Source: Vicugna vicugna
Taxonomy: Eukaryota
Reading direction: 5' to 3'
Assembly: GCA_013265495.1 (NCBI GenBank)
Contig: MU057651.1
Coordinates: forward strand, 1,189,674-1,253,673
DNA length: 64,000 nucleotides
Part shown: in pieces, positions 27,989 through 41,437 of the stretch
Numbering within the stretch: the stretch's first letter is position 1
How the letters are laid out: the number at the start of each line of letters is the position of its first letter
Made by a program: the position numbers and the translations under genes
The notes under the pieces: model-generated
Told to the model about the DNA's origin: nothing
Databases searched by the model: none
The model's input: the letters and a program-made list of their open reading frames with translations, nothing else

Positions 27989-28252
27989 ATTTTAGAATGT
28001 AATTTAATAGCACCCTGGCTCCCATTCACTACTGCTCTTCCATCCTAATTTGGCCCTTCCAAACTAAAAAAGTGCAAAAAACATTCTTGGAGCCAATAAA
28101 CCGAGAACTCCATTTGAGGTTTATGCCGAGTTCAAAAGAATTCCAGAGAAAGAAATGACAACTTTAAGTACCACAGATTTCAATGAGTCTGAGAAGCCCT
28201 AAAAGTGGAGTACTCTCAGCCCCCACACAAATCACCAAGTACATTTTGAATT

Positions 28253-28287
<35 letters not shown>

Positions 28288-28989
28288 ATTTTAATGCATA
28301 TACTTGCATTTACTCTAGAATCTATTCTCCTATTGAAACAAATCTCCAGTGAGGACACAAGTGGCCAAGCAAGTACGTTTTGCAAAGTTATCCACGTGAG
28401 TCTGGTAAGCACTTCTGCTCTTAGAGAAGGACTAAAAAGTGAGTCTAGAAGAGGTCAGGGCTTCCCTTTGAGAAGAAATTCAAGAAGGGCAGGGATAACC
28501 ACTATGACTGTCACACAAAGTAGGTGTGTAGAAACACACCCTGCACCCACTGCAGGAGGGCGTAGTGTTTTCTCCTCGGTGCATTAATCAATGATGATTT
28601 CCCTTCTCCTGTAGTTATCCAAGCATCATCCTTGACACACCAATTGGAGAACTATGCTCAGTGAGAACACAAGATTTGTCCCATGCTTCAAAAATGCAGC
28701 TATATTTAATGACTGGATTAAATATATGTCATGTCTAAAGATCAAATACTATTTAATGCCTAAAGCAAGGAATGATTACCAAATAATTTAATTATTTTTG
28801 GTTTACACATCTGTTATCGAAGCTAATTGTTCGCTGACAAAAACTGGCCTCAACTATGAACATTAATGAGTGTGCTTGCATTTCAAATCAAAGAATTGGT
28901 CTTTCAAATTAAAGAATGGCTTTAATCAAATCAAATAAAAACATACATAACTCTCAAAATAAAAGTGTAAAACAAATGAAAGTGTAAAA

Positions 28990-31980
28990 AATAATTTATG
29001 AAGTGCACAATTAAATAGTTTTTAGTCCATTCACGGAGATGTGCAACCATCACGACAGTCAATTTCAGAACATTATCATCACTCCAAAAAGAAACTCCAT
29101 ACCCATTAACAGTCACTCCCCATTAACTCAGCCCTTTCCACTGCTGCCCTCAGCCTTAGGGTACCACCAGTCTATTTTCTGCCTTTATGAATTTGCCTAT
29201 TCTGGACATTTCTTTAAAATAGACTCATACAACAAGTGGTCCTTTGTGACTAGTTTCTCTCATTTAGCACAATGTGTTTTTCAGGTTCACCCATGTTGTA
29301 GCATATATCAGTACTTCATTCATTTTCATGGCTGAATAATATCTCAGTGTGTGGATATACCACATTTTGTTTAGCCATTCATTATTTGATGGACATTGTG
29401 ATTGTTTCTACTTTGGGGCTATTATGAATAATGCTGTTATGAACATTCACATACAAGTTTTTGTGTGGACATGTTTTCATTTCTTTTGGGTACCTACCTA
29501 GGAGTAGAATTACTGGATCTTATGGTAATTCTATGTTTAACTTTTTGAGGAAATGCCAGACTATTTTCCACAGCAGCTACACCATTTTACATCCCACCAG
29601 CAGCGTATGAGTGTTCCAAGTTCTTCACATCCTTGTAAACACATATGATTATCTATCTTTTTGATTATAGCCATCCTAGTGAAAGTGGTATCTCATTAAG
29701 GTTTTGCTTTGCATTTCCCTAATGAGTGATTATGATGACCATCTTTTGATGTGCTTATGGGCCATTTGTATACTTTCTTTGTAGAAATGTACATTCAGAT
29801 CTTTTGCCCTACCTATTTTTAATTGGATTATTTGTCTTTTTTAAACGTTTTTTATTGATTTATAATCATTTTACAATGTTGTGTCAAATTGCAGTGTAGA
29901 ACACAATTTTTTATTTATACATGAACATATATATATATTCATTGTCACATTTTTTTTCTCTGTGAGCTACCATAAGATCTTGTATATATTTCCCTATGCT
30001 ATACAGTATAATCTTGTTTATCTATTCTACAATTTTGAAATCCCAGCCTATCCCTTCCCACCCTCCCCCCCCTTGGCAACCATAAGTTTGTATTCTACGT
30101 CTATGAGTCTGTTTCTGTTTTGTATTTATGCTTTGTTTGTTTGTTTGTTTGTTTTTAGATTCCACATATGAGCACTGTCATATGGTATTCTTCTTTCTCT
30201 TTCTGGCTCACTTCACTTAGAATGACATTCTCCAGGAGCATCCATGTTGCTGCAAATGGCGTTATGTTGTCCGTTTTTATGGCCGAGTAGTATTCCATTG
30301 TATAAATATACCACTTCTTCTTTATCCAGTCATCTGTTGATGGACATTTAGGCTGTTTCCATGTCTTGGCTATTGTAAATAGTGCTGCTATGAACATTGG
30401 GGTGCAGGTGTCATCCTGAAGTAGGGCTCCTTCTAGATATATGCCCAGGAGCGGGATTCCTGGGTCATATGGTAAGTCTATTCCTAGTCTTTTGAGGTAT
30501 CTCTATATTGTTTTCCACAGTGGCTGCACCAAAATGCATTCCTACCAGCAGTGAAGGAGGGTTCCCTTTTCTCCACAGCCTCTCCAGCATTTGTCATTTG
30601 TGGATTTTTGAATGATGGCCGTTCTGACTGGTGTGAGGTGATACCTCATTGTACTTTTGATTTGCATTTCTTTGTCTTTTTATTATTGAGTTGTAAGAGT
30701 TGTTTAGATATTCTGGATACAAGTCCCTTATGAGACAAATGGTTTGCAAACATTTTCTCCTACTCCATTCTGTGGGTTGTCTTTTCATTTCCTTTGATTC
30801 ACGAAAGTTTCTAATTTTGATGTCGTCAACTTACCAATTTTTTTCTTTGGTCATTTGTATTTCTGGTGTCATATTTAAGAAATATTGTCTGATTCAAGGT
30901 CATGAAGATGTATACCTCTGTTTCCTTTTAAGAGTTCTGTAGATTGGCTCTTATATTTGGATCTTTGCTCTATTTTGAGTTAACTTGTGTATATAGTGTG
31001 AGGTAGGGGTCCAAACTCATTCTTTTGTATGTGGATATCCAATTGTTTGAGCACCATTTGTTGAAAATATTCTTTCTTCTTCACTGAAATGTCTTGGCAT
31101 ACTTACTGAAAATCAGTCAAACATAAATGTAAGCATTTATTTCTAGAGTCTCAATTCTATTCCACTGAAGTATATGCCCATACTTATGCCAATACCACAC
31201 TGATCACTATAGCTTTGTAGTAAGTTTTGAAGTTGGAAAGTGTGTGTCCTCCATCTGTGTTCTTTTTCAAGATTGTTTTGACTATTCTGGGTCCCTTACA
31301 TTTCCATATGAATTTTAGGATCATGATGTTAATTTTTGCAAAGAAGCCAGCTGGGATTTTGATAGGGGTTGTGTTGAATCTATAGATCTGTTTGGGTAGC
31401 ACTGCTACCTTAACAATATTGTCTCCTGAGTCATGGATATGGGATTTCTTTCCATTTACTTATGTTTTCTTTCAATAATGTTTTGTAGTTTTCAGTGTAC
31501 AAATCATGTCCTTCTTGGAATAAATTTATTCCTAGCCATTTTACTCTTTTTGTTGCTGGTGGAATCAATGGAATTGTTTTCAAAATTTCATTTTCAGATT
31601 GTTCATTGCTAGTGTATTGTATTGTTCATTGCTAGTGTATTGAAACACAACTAATTTTTGTATATTGGCCAGGTAACTTTGCTGAACTTCTTTATTAGCT
31701 CTAATAGTTATTTTGTAAATTTTTTAGTGTTTTCTACATATAAGATCAAGCCATCTGCAAATATAATTTTAAAAACTTCTTCCTTTCCAATGTGGATGCC
31801 TTTTACTTATTTTTCTTACCTATTTGCCCTTGCAAGAACTTCTAGAACAATACTGACTAGAAGTGGTGAGAGCAGACATATTTGACCCGTTCCTGATCTT
31901 ATGAGGAAAGTTACACTATTTAGTATGATGTTAGTTGTGGGGTTCTTGTAGATGCCCTTTACCAGGTTGAGGGATAAGGT
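28990..31980 (-). mobile_element. Old L1 (L1MB-like) ORF2/3'UTR, interrupted by a younger L1 at 29842-30670
   Basis: ORF2 remnants in the ORF track ([42 protein letters not shown]); nested copy flanked by TSD TTTGTCTTTTT at 29831-29841 and 30671-30681. Confidence 0.9.
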
Positions 31981-34970
31981 GAAATTTATTTGAAAATGGA
32001 AGACCATAACCAATAATGGAACTGTCAGGTCCGGTTGAATTTTCTCTCTTCTAGTTTGGCACAACACTTCTGTTTTATATTCTCCAAACAGGGGGAGAAT
32101 GCTTTATGGGACAGACCTATACCTTCTTCTGGGTTTTAAACTGGGAATGTTCTATTTCAGAGGAAAGTGTTTTGAAACATAGCCTACTGTGAATTGTACA
32201 GATACTTAAGAATTAATTTGTAAAACATAGATAGCAGGCTTTGTTTGAACTATGACTTAATTTAGTTTGGTGAAGTTTGAGTTCTGCCAGTACATCTCAT
32301 TAATTAATCTCATTTTCATTAATCTCCTTGATGGGGGAATGGAAATGGGAGAAGAGCATAGAGGACTCTCTCTCTCCATTTTTTTTTTTGGTTTCTTTTT
32401 TTTGAAGACACTGTAATACATGACACCTAGAGAAGTAGTGGCGTATATGATGAGACTGCTCAAGTTCAAATCATTGCACTGTCACTTACATATTTGGCAA
32501 GTTATGTAATCTGTGTCTCAGTTTCCTCACTTGAAAAATGGGGATGATAAAAATAATAATGATACTACTAATAATAATACCTACCTTATAGGGTTATTGT
32601 GAGGAATAAATGAGTTATTGTGTATCAGATTACTTAGAACAGTTCTTGGCACTACAGTGAACTCTATTTATGTATTTACAATTAGGCTGTGGTGTCCAGA
32701 AGCAAAAACACAGGTTTAAGAGCCAGATAAATCTAAGTTGAAATCCCTGTTCAACTGTTTTGCCAGCTATGTGACCTCTGACAAATTACTCATCTCTCTG
32801 AGCCTTGGTTTTTTTAATTCCAAATAGGAAACAGAACCTATTGTACAGGGTTATTAGAAGGAACAATTAGATAATTCCTGTGAAATACACAGCACAAAGT
32901 AATTGTTAAACAAATGGCAAATACTATTATTGCTGCTTTACTTTTATTTTCCAATTTTAAAGCCAGTGAGGCCCTATCACTGAACTTCTCATGCTCATTT
33001 ATTAGTTCAGGGTTGGCAAAAGCAAATGTCATAGAGGACTTTACTCAAAAAAAAAGTGTCCCTAAAATTACAAAAGTAACATATACTTGTTTAAAAATTC
33101 AAATTTTCAAATGTAGATAGTGAAAAGTAAAAACCTGTTTTTATACCCATTCCCCCACCCATTTCACTTCCCTTCTCAGAAATAGCAACACGAACAGTTT
33201 GGTGTATATCCATCCAGACTTTCTTCTATGTATATGCATACATATGAATATATACATAAGAACACATACACACATATATATGTCTACATAAATTATACCT
33301 TATTATTTATATATTATTCTGTGACTTTCTAATTTTACTTGACAGTATGTCTTTGACATCTTTTCACTTGAGTATGTCTACCTCACTCTTTTTAACGGCT
33401 TTTCAGTCGTCCATAGGATGGATATGTCAGTGGTTTACTTTTAAAAATCTTTTAATTGTTGCTCTCAGAAGAGCATCATCAGTGTCCAATTGCAGTGCTT
33501 TTTTCTCAGAGCCTGTATCTAAAAATGTAGCATGTAAATGTACAGTTTAAGGCAAATTCATAGTCTGCATAGATAATGAGTGTTTTGTTGAATTCTCAGT
33601 TGTAGGGACAGAGTAGAAAGCTAAGCATTCAGGCAGAAAGGAATTTCTTTAGATAAGTCAGAAGGAAAAACAAGTAATTCAAAATATTACCAGGTTTTGG
33701 ATTTTTTTTCCTGGCGGGTTCTATTGAGAGACTAAATGAAAAGAAGACTAGAGTGAAAAATCAGTATATTCAACAAGGACCTTGGGACGCTTACTAAATA
33801 CAAAAGTAACTGTTGATCTAGTGAATAAAACACTGAAATAACTATAATAATTAAACTTTTGTACTGAGAAGTTACTATAATAATTACTCTTTTGAATAAG
33901 AAACTAGCCCAAATAATTGAGAAATGCCAAAAGGTGATAGCCATGTATTCAAAATAATTACATTTACATAAATAAATTCATGAAGGAGAAATTAAAATTA
34001 ATGCTTTCAGAATAAGTAAAATACATTGTGTCAATTTCCAACAGCCCCAGTCTGTCTAATGTGCTACTAATGGAGGTGTCAGAATTCTGGGCAAGTATTC
34101 ACAAAGTTCAAAAGTGTCATAACACTGAAGCAATGTGGTTATAAGAGAAGAAAATGTGTATGGATGGAATCATGGAAATGTCACTCACTGTAATATCTGA
34201 GCAGGAGGTTGCAATCAAAGCAGTTAGCAATTAGAAAGTACAGGTCCCTAACTCCCACAGAATTTTTGGTACAAGCAGCTCTGACAGCGCACAGAACTGT
34301 TGTAAGATACTTTGTGAGAAAGCTTTGTCAGTCGTAATGCCTGCCTTAATGATATCTGGAAACAGCTGTTTTTCTCCAAAAGACAGCAATGTGTTGAAGC
34401 CTGCCAAATACAGATAATAAGGTGCTTACCTATCATTAACAAAATTATGCTTTCCTTATTGACGGAAAAGATCTGCTCCCATTATAAGAAGAGTACATTA
34501 CAGAACTAGTTAAAAGCTATTGAAAAGTATCATATGGATGGCTGCAAAGCAATGATTTCCAGCCCGAAATCTGCCACCCTCTAGGGTGTCTACAATTATC
34601 CTGAGGACCATCATGAGCCTTTTGAAAATGACTCAAAACAAAATTAAATATGAGGCACTCTAATTTTAAAAAATTATATGCCATACAGCATTTTTAGCAA
34701 AAGGGGGAGATGGCATAAAATCAAGCCAACAATAGCAGTGTGTTATAAACTCCCACGAGGTTGGAAGCCAATGATGGTAAGACTGGTAGATTATATAGAT
34801 TCAGTGGCAGTTTTTATGAATTCAGAACATTGTACTAAGGGACATCCTCAAAACAGTTACAGACAAATTCATGAGTTTTCTCTGTTTCCAAAGTGGGCAC
34901 TCATATAAATAGTAATCTGGGAATTCTGTCTCCAAGTTTTGGATAATTTTTGTCCTTAAGAGTTTTCTGA

Positions 34971-35045
34971 TTGCTCTGCACCTGAAACTAACACAACATT
35001 GTAAATTAACTACACTTTAATTTAAAAAATGGTGAAAAGGAAAAA
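34971..35045 (+). mobile_element. Very short L1 3' end
   Basis: CACCTGAAACTAACACAACATTGTAAAT plus A tail; degenerate 13-bp TSD (34958-34970, 35046-35058). Confidence 0.7.
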
Positions 35046-36913
35046 AAAAGTTTCCTGAATGTCTGAAAATATATTCCAGTTCTAGCACAAACTCATTCAT
35101 TCATTGAAGAAATATTTATTGAGAGCATACTATATGCCAGGTACTAATACATTCATTGCCTGATAAAAAGTTTGTATCAGTCATGTGCAGGAATGCCTGT
35201 TTTCCTGAGCAGTACTGATAGCATGTTAGAAAATATCTTTAGCAATATATTTGTGAAAATAGCATCTTATTGGAGATTACCATTTCTTTGAATATTAGTG
35301 AGATTGGACACTTTTTCATACATATGACAATTTGCAGTTATCTATTAAATAATCTCCTCATATCCTATGCCTATTTTTCTACTCATCTTTTTATTATTGA
35401 TTTGTAAAAAATCTTTACGTATTACCATGTCATCTATCTGACCTTACAGTCTTTGAGTAGTTTCTAGAGGCAGGCAAATTTGCTCAGTAACTATCAGAGT
35501 TGAAGTCAGCTAATGTCAAATTCTTTTATAAGGTCTATGAGTATCCTGGAATTGTGGTGATTCTGTTCACTTTTCCTGTTTCTGCCTTGAATCTAATTTT
35601 ATGTACACTAAACCAGGTTATGCCATAGCTAAACAGATTCTAGGAGCATCCAACAAGGACTATTGTTCAGTAGTCAATAAAGAAGAAATTGGACTATAAT
35701 TTTGCCAGTGATTTAAAACAAAACAAAACGTAGCAAAAAACTCAAGGATGATACTACAGTTGCCACCATCAACTTCCTCATCATTCTTGAAGTTGGCATT
35801 AATAGTAGCATCTTGGGGATATTTTCAACGCTGTTTTAGTACTACTTATATTTAGAAAGGACCTCACTGCCATGTAAGGCACACTCTATCACCCTACTTT
35901 AAAAAATCTTAGCAGGCATACATAATTAGGTCCTGGAGATTTGCGGATTTGAGAGCAATACGGACCTTTTCACCAGAAATGGCAGAAGCACATGTGAGGC
36001 AATATCAGTGCTGCTCAGGAACTTGAGCCATCATCCTCGACAATAGAGACACATTAAAATTCCTGTGGAATTGTTTTCTGCCATTCAGAGTCAATAAACA
36101 TTTGCCATCTTAATAGGTGCCAGGTGCTTTTACATACAGTCTTTCTTCCAATCCTCACCACCCATCTATTATGTCGCTGTCTTCATTTTCATATGAGGAA
36201 ATTGTAACTCAGAGAAGTTATGGGATTTGTTCATGGTTATACTAGTAGCTATTACATGGCAGAGATGGGGCTTGAAGCCAGCTTTTCTGACTCTAAATCT
36301 AGTGTTCTTTTTGATTGTGACACAACCGCCCTCAGCAAGATCGGAGGAGACATGTGAATGCCCCAGGCAGTCTTACCTTCTGGGGCCTCTTTGAGTCAAT
36401 ATTTTAAAAATATGTGCTCAACATTTACTTAATGAGGGTAGGGAGAGACTGAGATTCTCTCAAAGGGTATACCTTTTTCATTATGTTCAAAGTAATTCTA
36501 TACTTGTCACAGTAACAGCTACCATTTATTGAGTATGTACTATGTCATTTAATCCTAAGAGGTTGGCACTGTCGTCATCATTATTTTGTCATCGTCATCA
36601 CCAGCATCATCGTCATCATCCCCATTCAATATGTTGGGCCCAAAGACGTTAAGTGACTTGGCCAAGGCCATGCAGTTAGGAAGTGCTGAAGCCAGGATTT
36701 AAGCTCAGGCAGGCTGACAACTGAGCCTATGGGTTTAACCATTATGTTTTATTGCCTTCAACTGTAGTGATCCTAAATTGACATTTTAACCTACTCATTT
36801 CTTACTTGCATTTGTTTTGTTTTGCCACTCAAAACTAAATACAATGGAGGTAATTTCCATGGATATAGTTATAAAATCATATTTTAAAAATTTTAGAATC
36901 GCCTTCTTTTCTC

Positions 36914-36948
36914 GTTTTGGTTTGGTTTGGTTTGGTTTGGTTTGGTTT
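36914..36948. repeat. (GGTTT)n microsatellite
   Basis: Direct reading. Confidence 0.9.
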
Positions 36949-39905
36949 TCTTGATAATGAACCATTTCCTATTTTTCTTTAGTTCTTGTTTTGTCTTTAG
37001 TTTCCTTTTGCAATTTTCCAACCAGGCAACTTTCAGAGAGGCGTCTTAGAGGATTTAAAATTCAGATAAGAAAATAAACCCCTCATTCCTGATAAACAGC
37101 ACTGTGGCCTGCATCATTTTATTTCACAATCTCAGCTCAACATGGAGAGTTGCCCACTTTAAGCAACTCCCAGCTTGCTAATTTCACAGTTGGTGGTACA
37201 CCCTCTAACTTGCACGTGCTCATCACAGAAATGGTGTGGTTGGCACCAATGAGGACTGTTGGCTTTTTTTGCTTTCAATTTTTTTTAACTCAAGGACCCC
37301 AACCCCTTTAGTGAGAGGGGTGGCCAATTTCCATCTCACCAATTACTTTGGGAAGCACTGGCAGAAACCCAAAGTAGTCGGCACCATATTTATGATTTAT
37401 CCCAGGGATTTTCTAACACTCCCTTTAAATTGGAACCTCAGGCAATTGCCTGGTTGGCCCATTGCTTCATCTTTTCCCCTATTTCCGAAAGCTGCAGAGG
37501 AATTGAAGGGTCTAATCGGGTTTTCACGATGGTACGCAGTACTCAAGAGTAGAAGAAGGAAGGCATGGTTTGGATACATGTATATTGATTCAAATATTGA
37601 GACAATTTTCTATGAATTTTGGCTGACCCTAGTGGGCATATAGATTTCAGAGCAAAACCTATTTTGTGGGTTTCCTCACCCTGCTATTTGTAAACAGGTG
37701 AAACCTGATTATAATGGATGTTAGAGGGCAGCTGTAGCCTGCAGGTTGCATACTGATGCTGACAGCTGTGTAATTACAGAGCAGTTTTATTACAGGGCAT
37801 TTCATATGTATGATTATCATAAAGTTTGGATAATTTAGAAAGGTGACTGATCGTGAACAATATCAGGCTATCTACCATCTGAACTTCCCCTTTGTATTAA
37901 AGCAAAACCTTCCAACAGAAGTAGACAGGAAGGGTCACACCTGGTGAAAAGGCTTCCCTTCTCTGGCTTCTAGTTTGTTTGGTCATTGTGTGTACTTTTA
38001 TGGAAAACTAAAAATTTTATTGACCAAGTATTTCTGCGTTCAAGATCATGCCTCTTCCCTGCCCCAACCCCGGTCCCCGCCAATTTTTCATGGACACAAG
38101 TCTGCTTTGGCTCTTAATTAGATTTCTCTGACTCGAACTGAGGCTTTCAAATCAAGTGTAGGGAGTGGAGGCAGTTTTATGTCTTGATGCCTGAAAAAAC
38201 AAAGCCTCCTTCAAACGCTGAAGAGAAATGCACAGTGATCACATTTTGGAATTTCAAATGGGAACACATAGTCTGAAAATGGAACAGAGTATTTGAAACC
38301 AGGACTGCCCCAGAAAACTTGGATAATTATAGCAATCACGTATTTTGAGTACTTACTATGTGCCAGGCACTGGGAAATGTACTTCCCAGGTATATTATCT
38401 CATTCAAGCCTTTCAACAACCCTAAGAAGTAGGTCCAAGAATCCCTGTCTCTGCCAATGAGGCAACTAAGGCATATTAAGGTTTAGATTGCTTGCCCAAA
38501 GTCATACAGCAAACACATGGCAGAGCTGGGATTCAAATCCAGTTCTCGCTAACTGTGGAGGCTTTTCTCTTGACGACCAAGGGGCCCTGGCATTCTCTGA
38601 GGTGTGTGGGGTTTAAATAATTTCTTTGCAGAAGAGATTCAAAGATAGGAGCCAAATCAGTATTTCTATCTGTGTATGACCAGCACAATTTTTGCCTCAT
38701 CCAAAGGCAACATAAATTACAGGCAGGTGGTTCAGTCATGCTATGCTGTCTGTCTCTCATTTCCTGAGTGTAGGCGTGGCAGCCTTCCCCACCTTAGCCT
38801 CATTCCTGTAAGCCGACCTAGGATCTGTTTCTGGCCAGCCAGTTGGTCTCTGGACAGTGAACTGGCATGGCTAGACCTACTTAAACCTCACCTTAAGCAG
38901 TAATAATCATGAAATCACAGGTTGGATGTTCAGATGTACTTTTTTTTCCCTTTTCAAATGCACATCTAAATAAATGATGTTCCTCTGTGATCATCCAAAA
39001 GCATCTCACGTACCAGCAGGGGGACTTATAACCACACACAGGACGGCGCTGATCTGGATGATCTCTAAGTGACCTCCTAACCTTGACAGTCAGTGAAACA
39101 ATTAACCTCTAAAAATAGTTCAAAAAGGATGAAACGAGTTTGAGTAGGATGGCAGTTTGCCAATCCTTGCTCATTTTCCTCTCTTGAAGCCTTCAGTCTC
39201 TGCTTAACTGTCTCCATTTTCTGACAGATTTTTTGCAGCTTTTTGGAAGACACTGGGCACTTTCCAAAGAACAAGCTGCTTCTATTTCCACAGCTACCGA
39301 TCTTCAACCTCCAGCTCAGTTTTCACATCCTTAGAGAAGCTTTCTCTGACTATGCGATCTGAAGTAACCCCCTATAATGTTACCCCATCTTATTTTTCTC
39401 TTAGCATTTACATTATTTGAAACCATCTTGCCTGTTTGTTGACTTGTATACTGCCAGGCTCCCTACTAAATAATAAGCTCCAGGAGGTCTCTGGCATTTA
39501 GCGTATTGCCTGGCATATAGTAAATGCTCCAGTGGTATTTGTCAAATAAACGTGCAGGATGAAGTAGGGAATCTAAAGTTGCGGTAGGACTGTGGAGCTG
39601 TTGAAACAGAAAGAACATAAAGAAGGCTAAACTTTGGGTGATGAATTTTATCCAGCAAGGTAAAGTGGGCCATGACTTGGGAAGGTGTAAAACTGTCTCA
39701 GGTCCTTACAACCACTCATTCCATCTTGAGTGCTTACTGTGCTCAGGGCATTGTGCTAAACTGTCCCCTGTGGCCTGGCTACTACTAAGCTGTGGGGCCT
39801 ATGCCATTAGTTAAGTCCCAGTTCCATTCATATAACTCATGTTTGTTGAGTGACTACTATATGTCAAGCACTATTCTATGCTAGGACATAGCAACAAGCA
39901 GGACA

Positions 39906-41209
39906 CTCCCTCACACCATACACAAAAATAAACTCAAAATGGATCAAAGACTTAAACATAAGACAAGATACAATAAACCTAGAAGAAAATATAGGCAAAA
40001 CATTATCTGACATACATCTTAGTAATGTTCTCCTAGGACAGTCTACCCAGGCAATAGAAATAAAATCAAAAATAAACAAATGGGACCTAATTAAATCTAT
40101 AAGTTTTCACACAGCGAAGGAAGCTATAAATAAAACAAAAAGACAACCAACAGAATGGGAAAAAATACTTGCAAATGATGTGACAGACAAGAGCTTCATT
40201 TCCAGAACATATAAACAGCTCGTATAACTCAATAACAAAAACAAACAACCCAATCCAAAAATGGGCAGAAGACCTAAACAAGCAATTCTCCAATGAAGAC
40301 ATACAAATGGCCAATAGGCACATGAAAAAATGCTCAATATCGTTAATTATCAGAGAAATGCAAATTAAAACTACAAGTAGGTATCACCTCACACCAGTCA
40401 GAATGGCCATTATTAAAAAAATCCACAAATGATAAATGCTGAGAGGATGTGGAGAAAAGGGAACCCTCTAACACTGTCGGTGGGAATGTAGTTTGGTGCA
40501 GCCATTATGGAAAATAGTATGGAGGTTCCTTAAATAACTAAAAATAGGGTTACTATATGATCCAGCAATCCCACTCCTGGGCATAAATCTGGAGGAATCT
40601 CTGATTTGAAAAGACACATATACCCCAATGTTCATTGCATCACTATTTACAATAGCCAAGACATGGAAGAAACCTAAAATGTCCATCAAAAGGTGAGTGG
40701 ATAAAGAAGCTATGGTATATTTACACAATGGAATACTACTCATCCATAAAGAATAATAAAATCATGCCATTTGCAGCAACATAGATGCACCTGGAAACTG
40801 TCAAACTAAGTGAAGTAAGCCAGAAAAAGAAATAGAAATATCACATGATATCACTTATATACAGAATCTAAGGGAAAAAAGACAGAAATTAATTTATTTA
40901 CAGAACAGAAACTGGCTCACAGACTTAGAAAGCAAACTCATGGTTACCAGCGGGGAAAGGGGGGGTGGAGGGATAAATTGGGAGTTGGGGATTAGCAGAT
41001 TCTAACTACTATATATAAAACAGATAAACTGCAAGGTCGTACTGTATAGCACAGGGAACTATACTGAATATCTTGTAATAGCCTATAATGAAACAGAATA
41101 TGAAAAGAAATATGTACATGTATAACTGAATCAATATGCTGTACATGAGGAATTAACACAACATTGTAAACCAACTATGCTTCAACAAAATAAAGTCAAA
41201 GGAAAAAAA
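39906..41209 (+). mobile_element. 5'-truncated L1 (ORF2 C-terminal region and 3'UTR)
   Basis: Classic ORF2 3' sequence, A tail, TSD AAGCAGGACA at 39896-39905 and 41210-41219. Confidence 0.92.
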
Positions 41210-41396
41210 AAGCAGGACAAAGTTCCAGCCATCAAGTGAGGGTCAAATCAGGATCAGGCACACATCTTTATATAGTTCTTTTTCCTAGATGGTATGTCCT
41301 ATTGATCCTTTACTTTTCTAGCAAAACCAGATGTTTGCTTTCAAGGTGGTTCATTGGCCCTGACCATCTTATAAGAGCTATCATCTAATTACTGTG

Positions 41397-41437
41397 GATT
41401 TCAAAATTGTAGAATAGATAAACAAGATTATACTGTA
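41397..41437 (+). mobile_element. 41-bp internal fragment of young L1 3'UTR with TSD
   Basis: 41396-41439 is the exact reverse complement of 30000-30043; TSD TAATTACTGTG at 41386-41396 and 41438-41448. Confidence 0.85.

Noticed and set aside
34568..34590. CTCF-like motifs here and at ~39013
   Set aside because: Mismatches at core positions; cannot be supported by eye.
39077..39307. Short ORF considered as a GNG5-like retrocopy (one lies near human AMMECR1, from memory)
   Set aside because: No convincing nucleotide or peptide match to GNG5.
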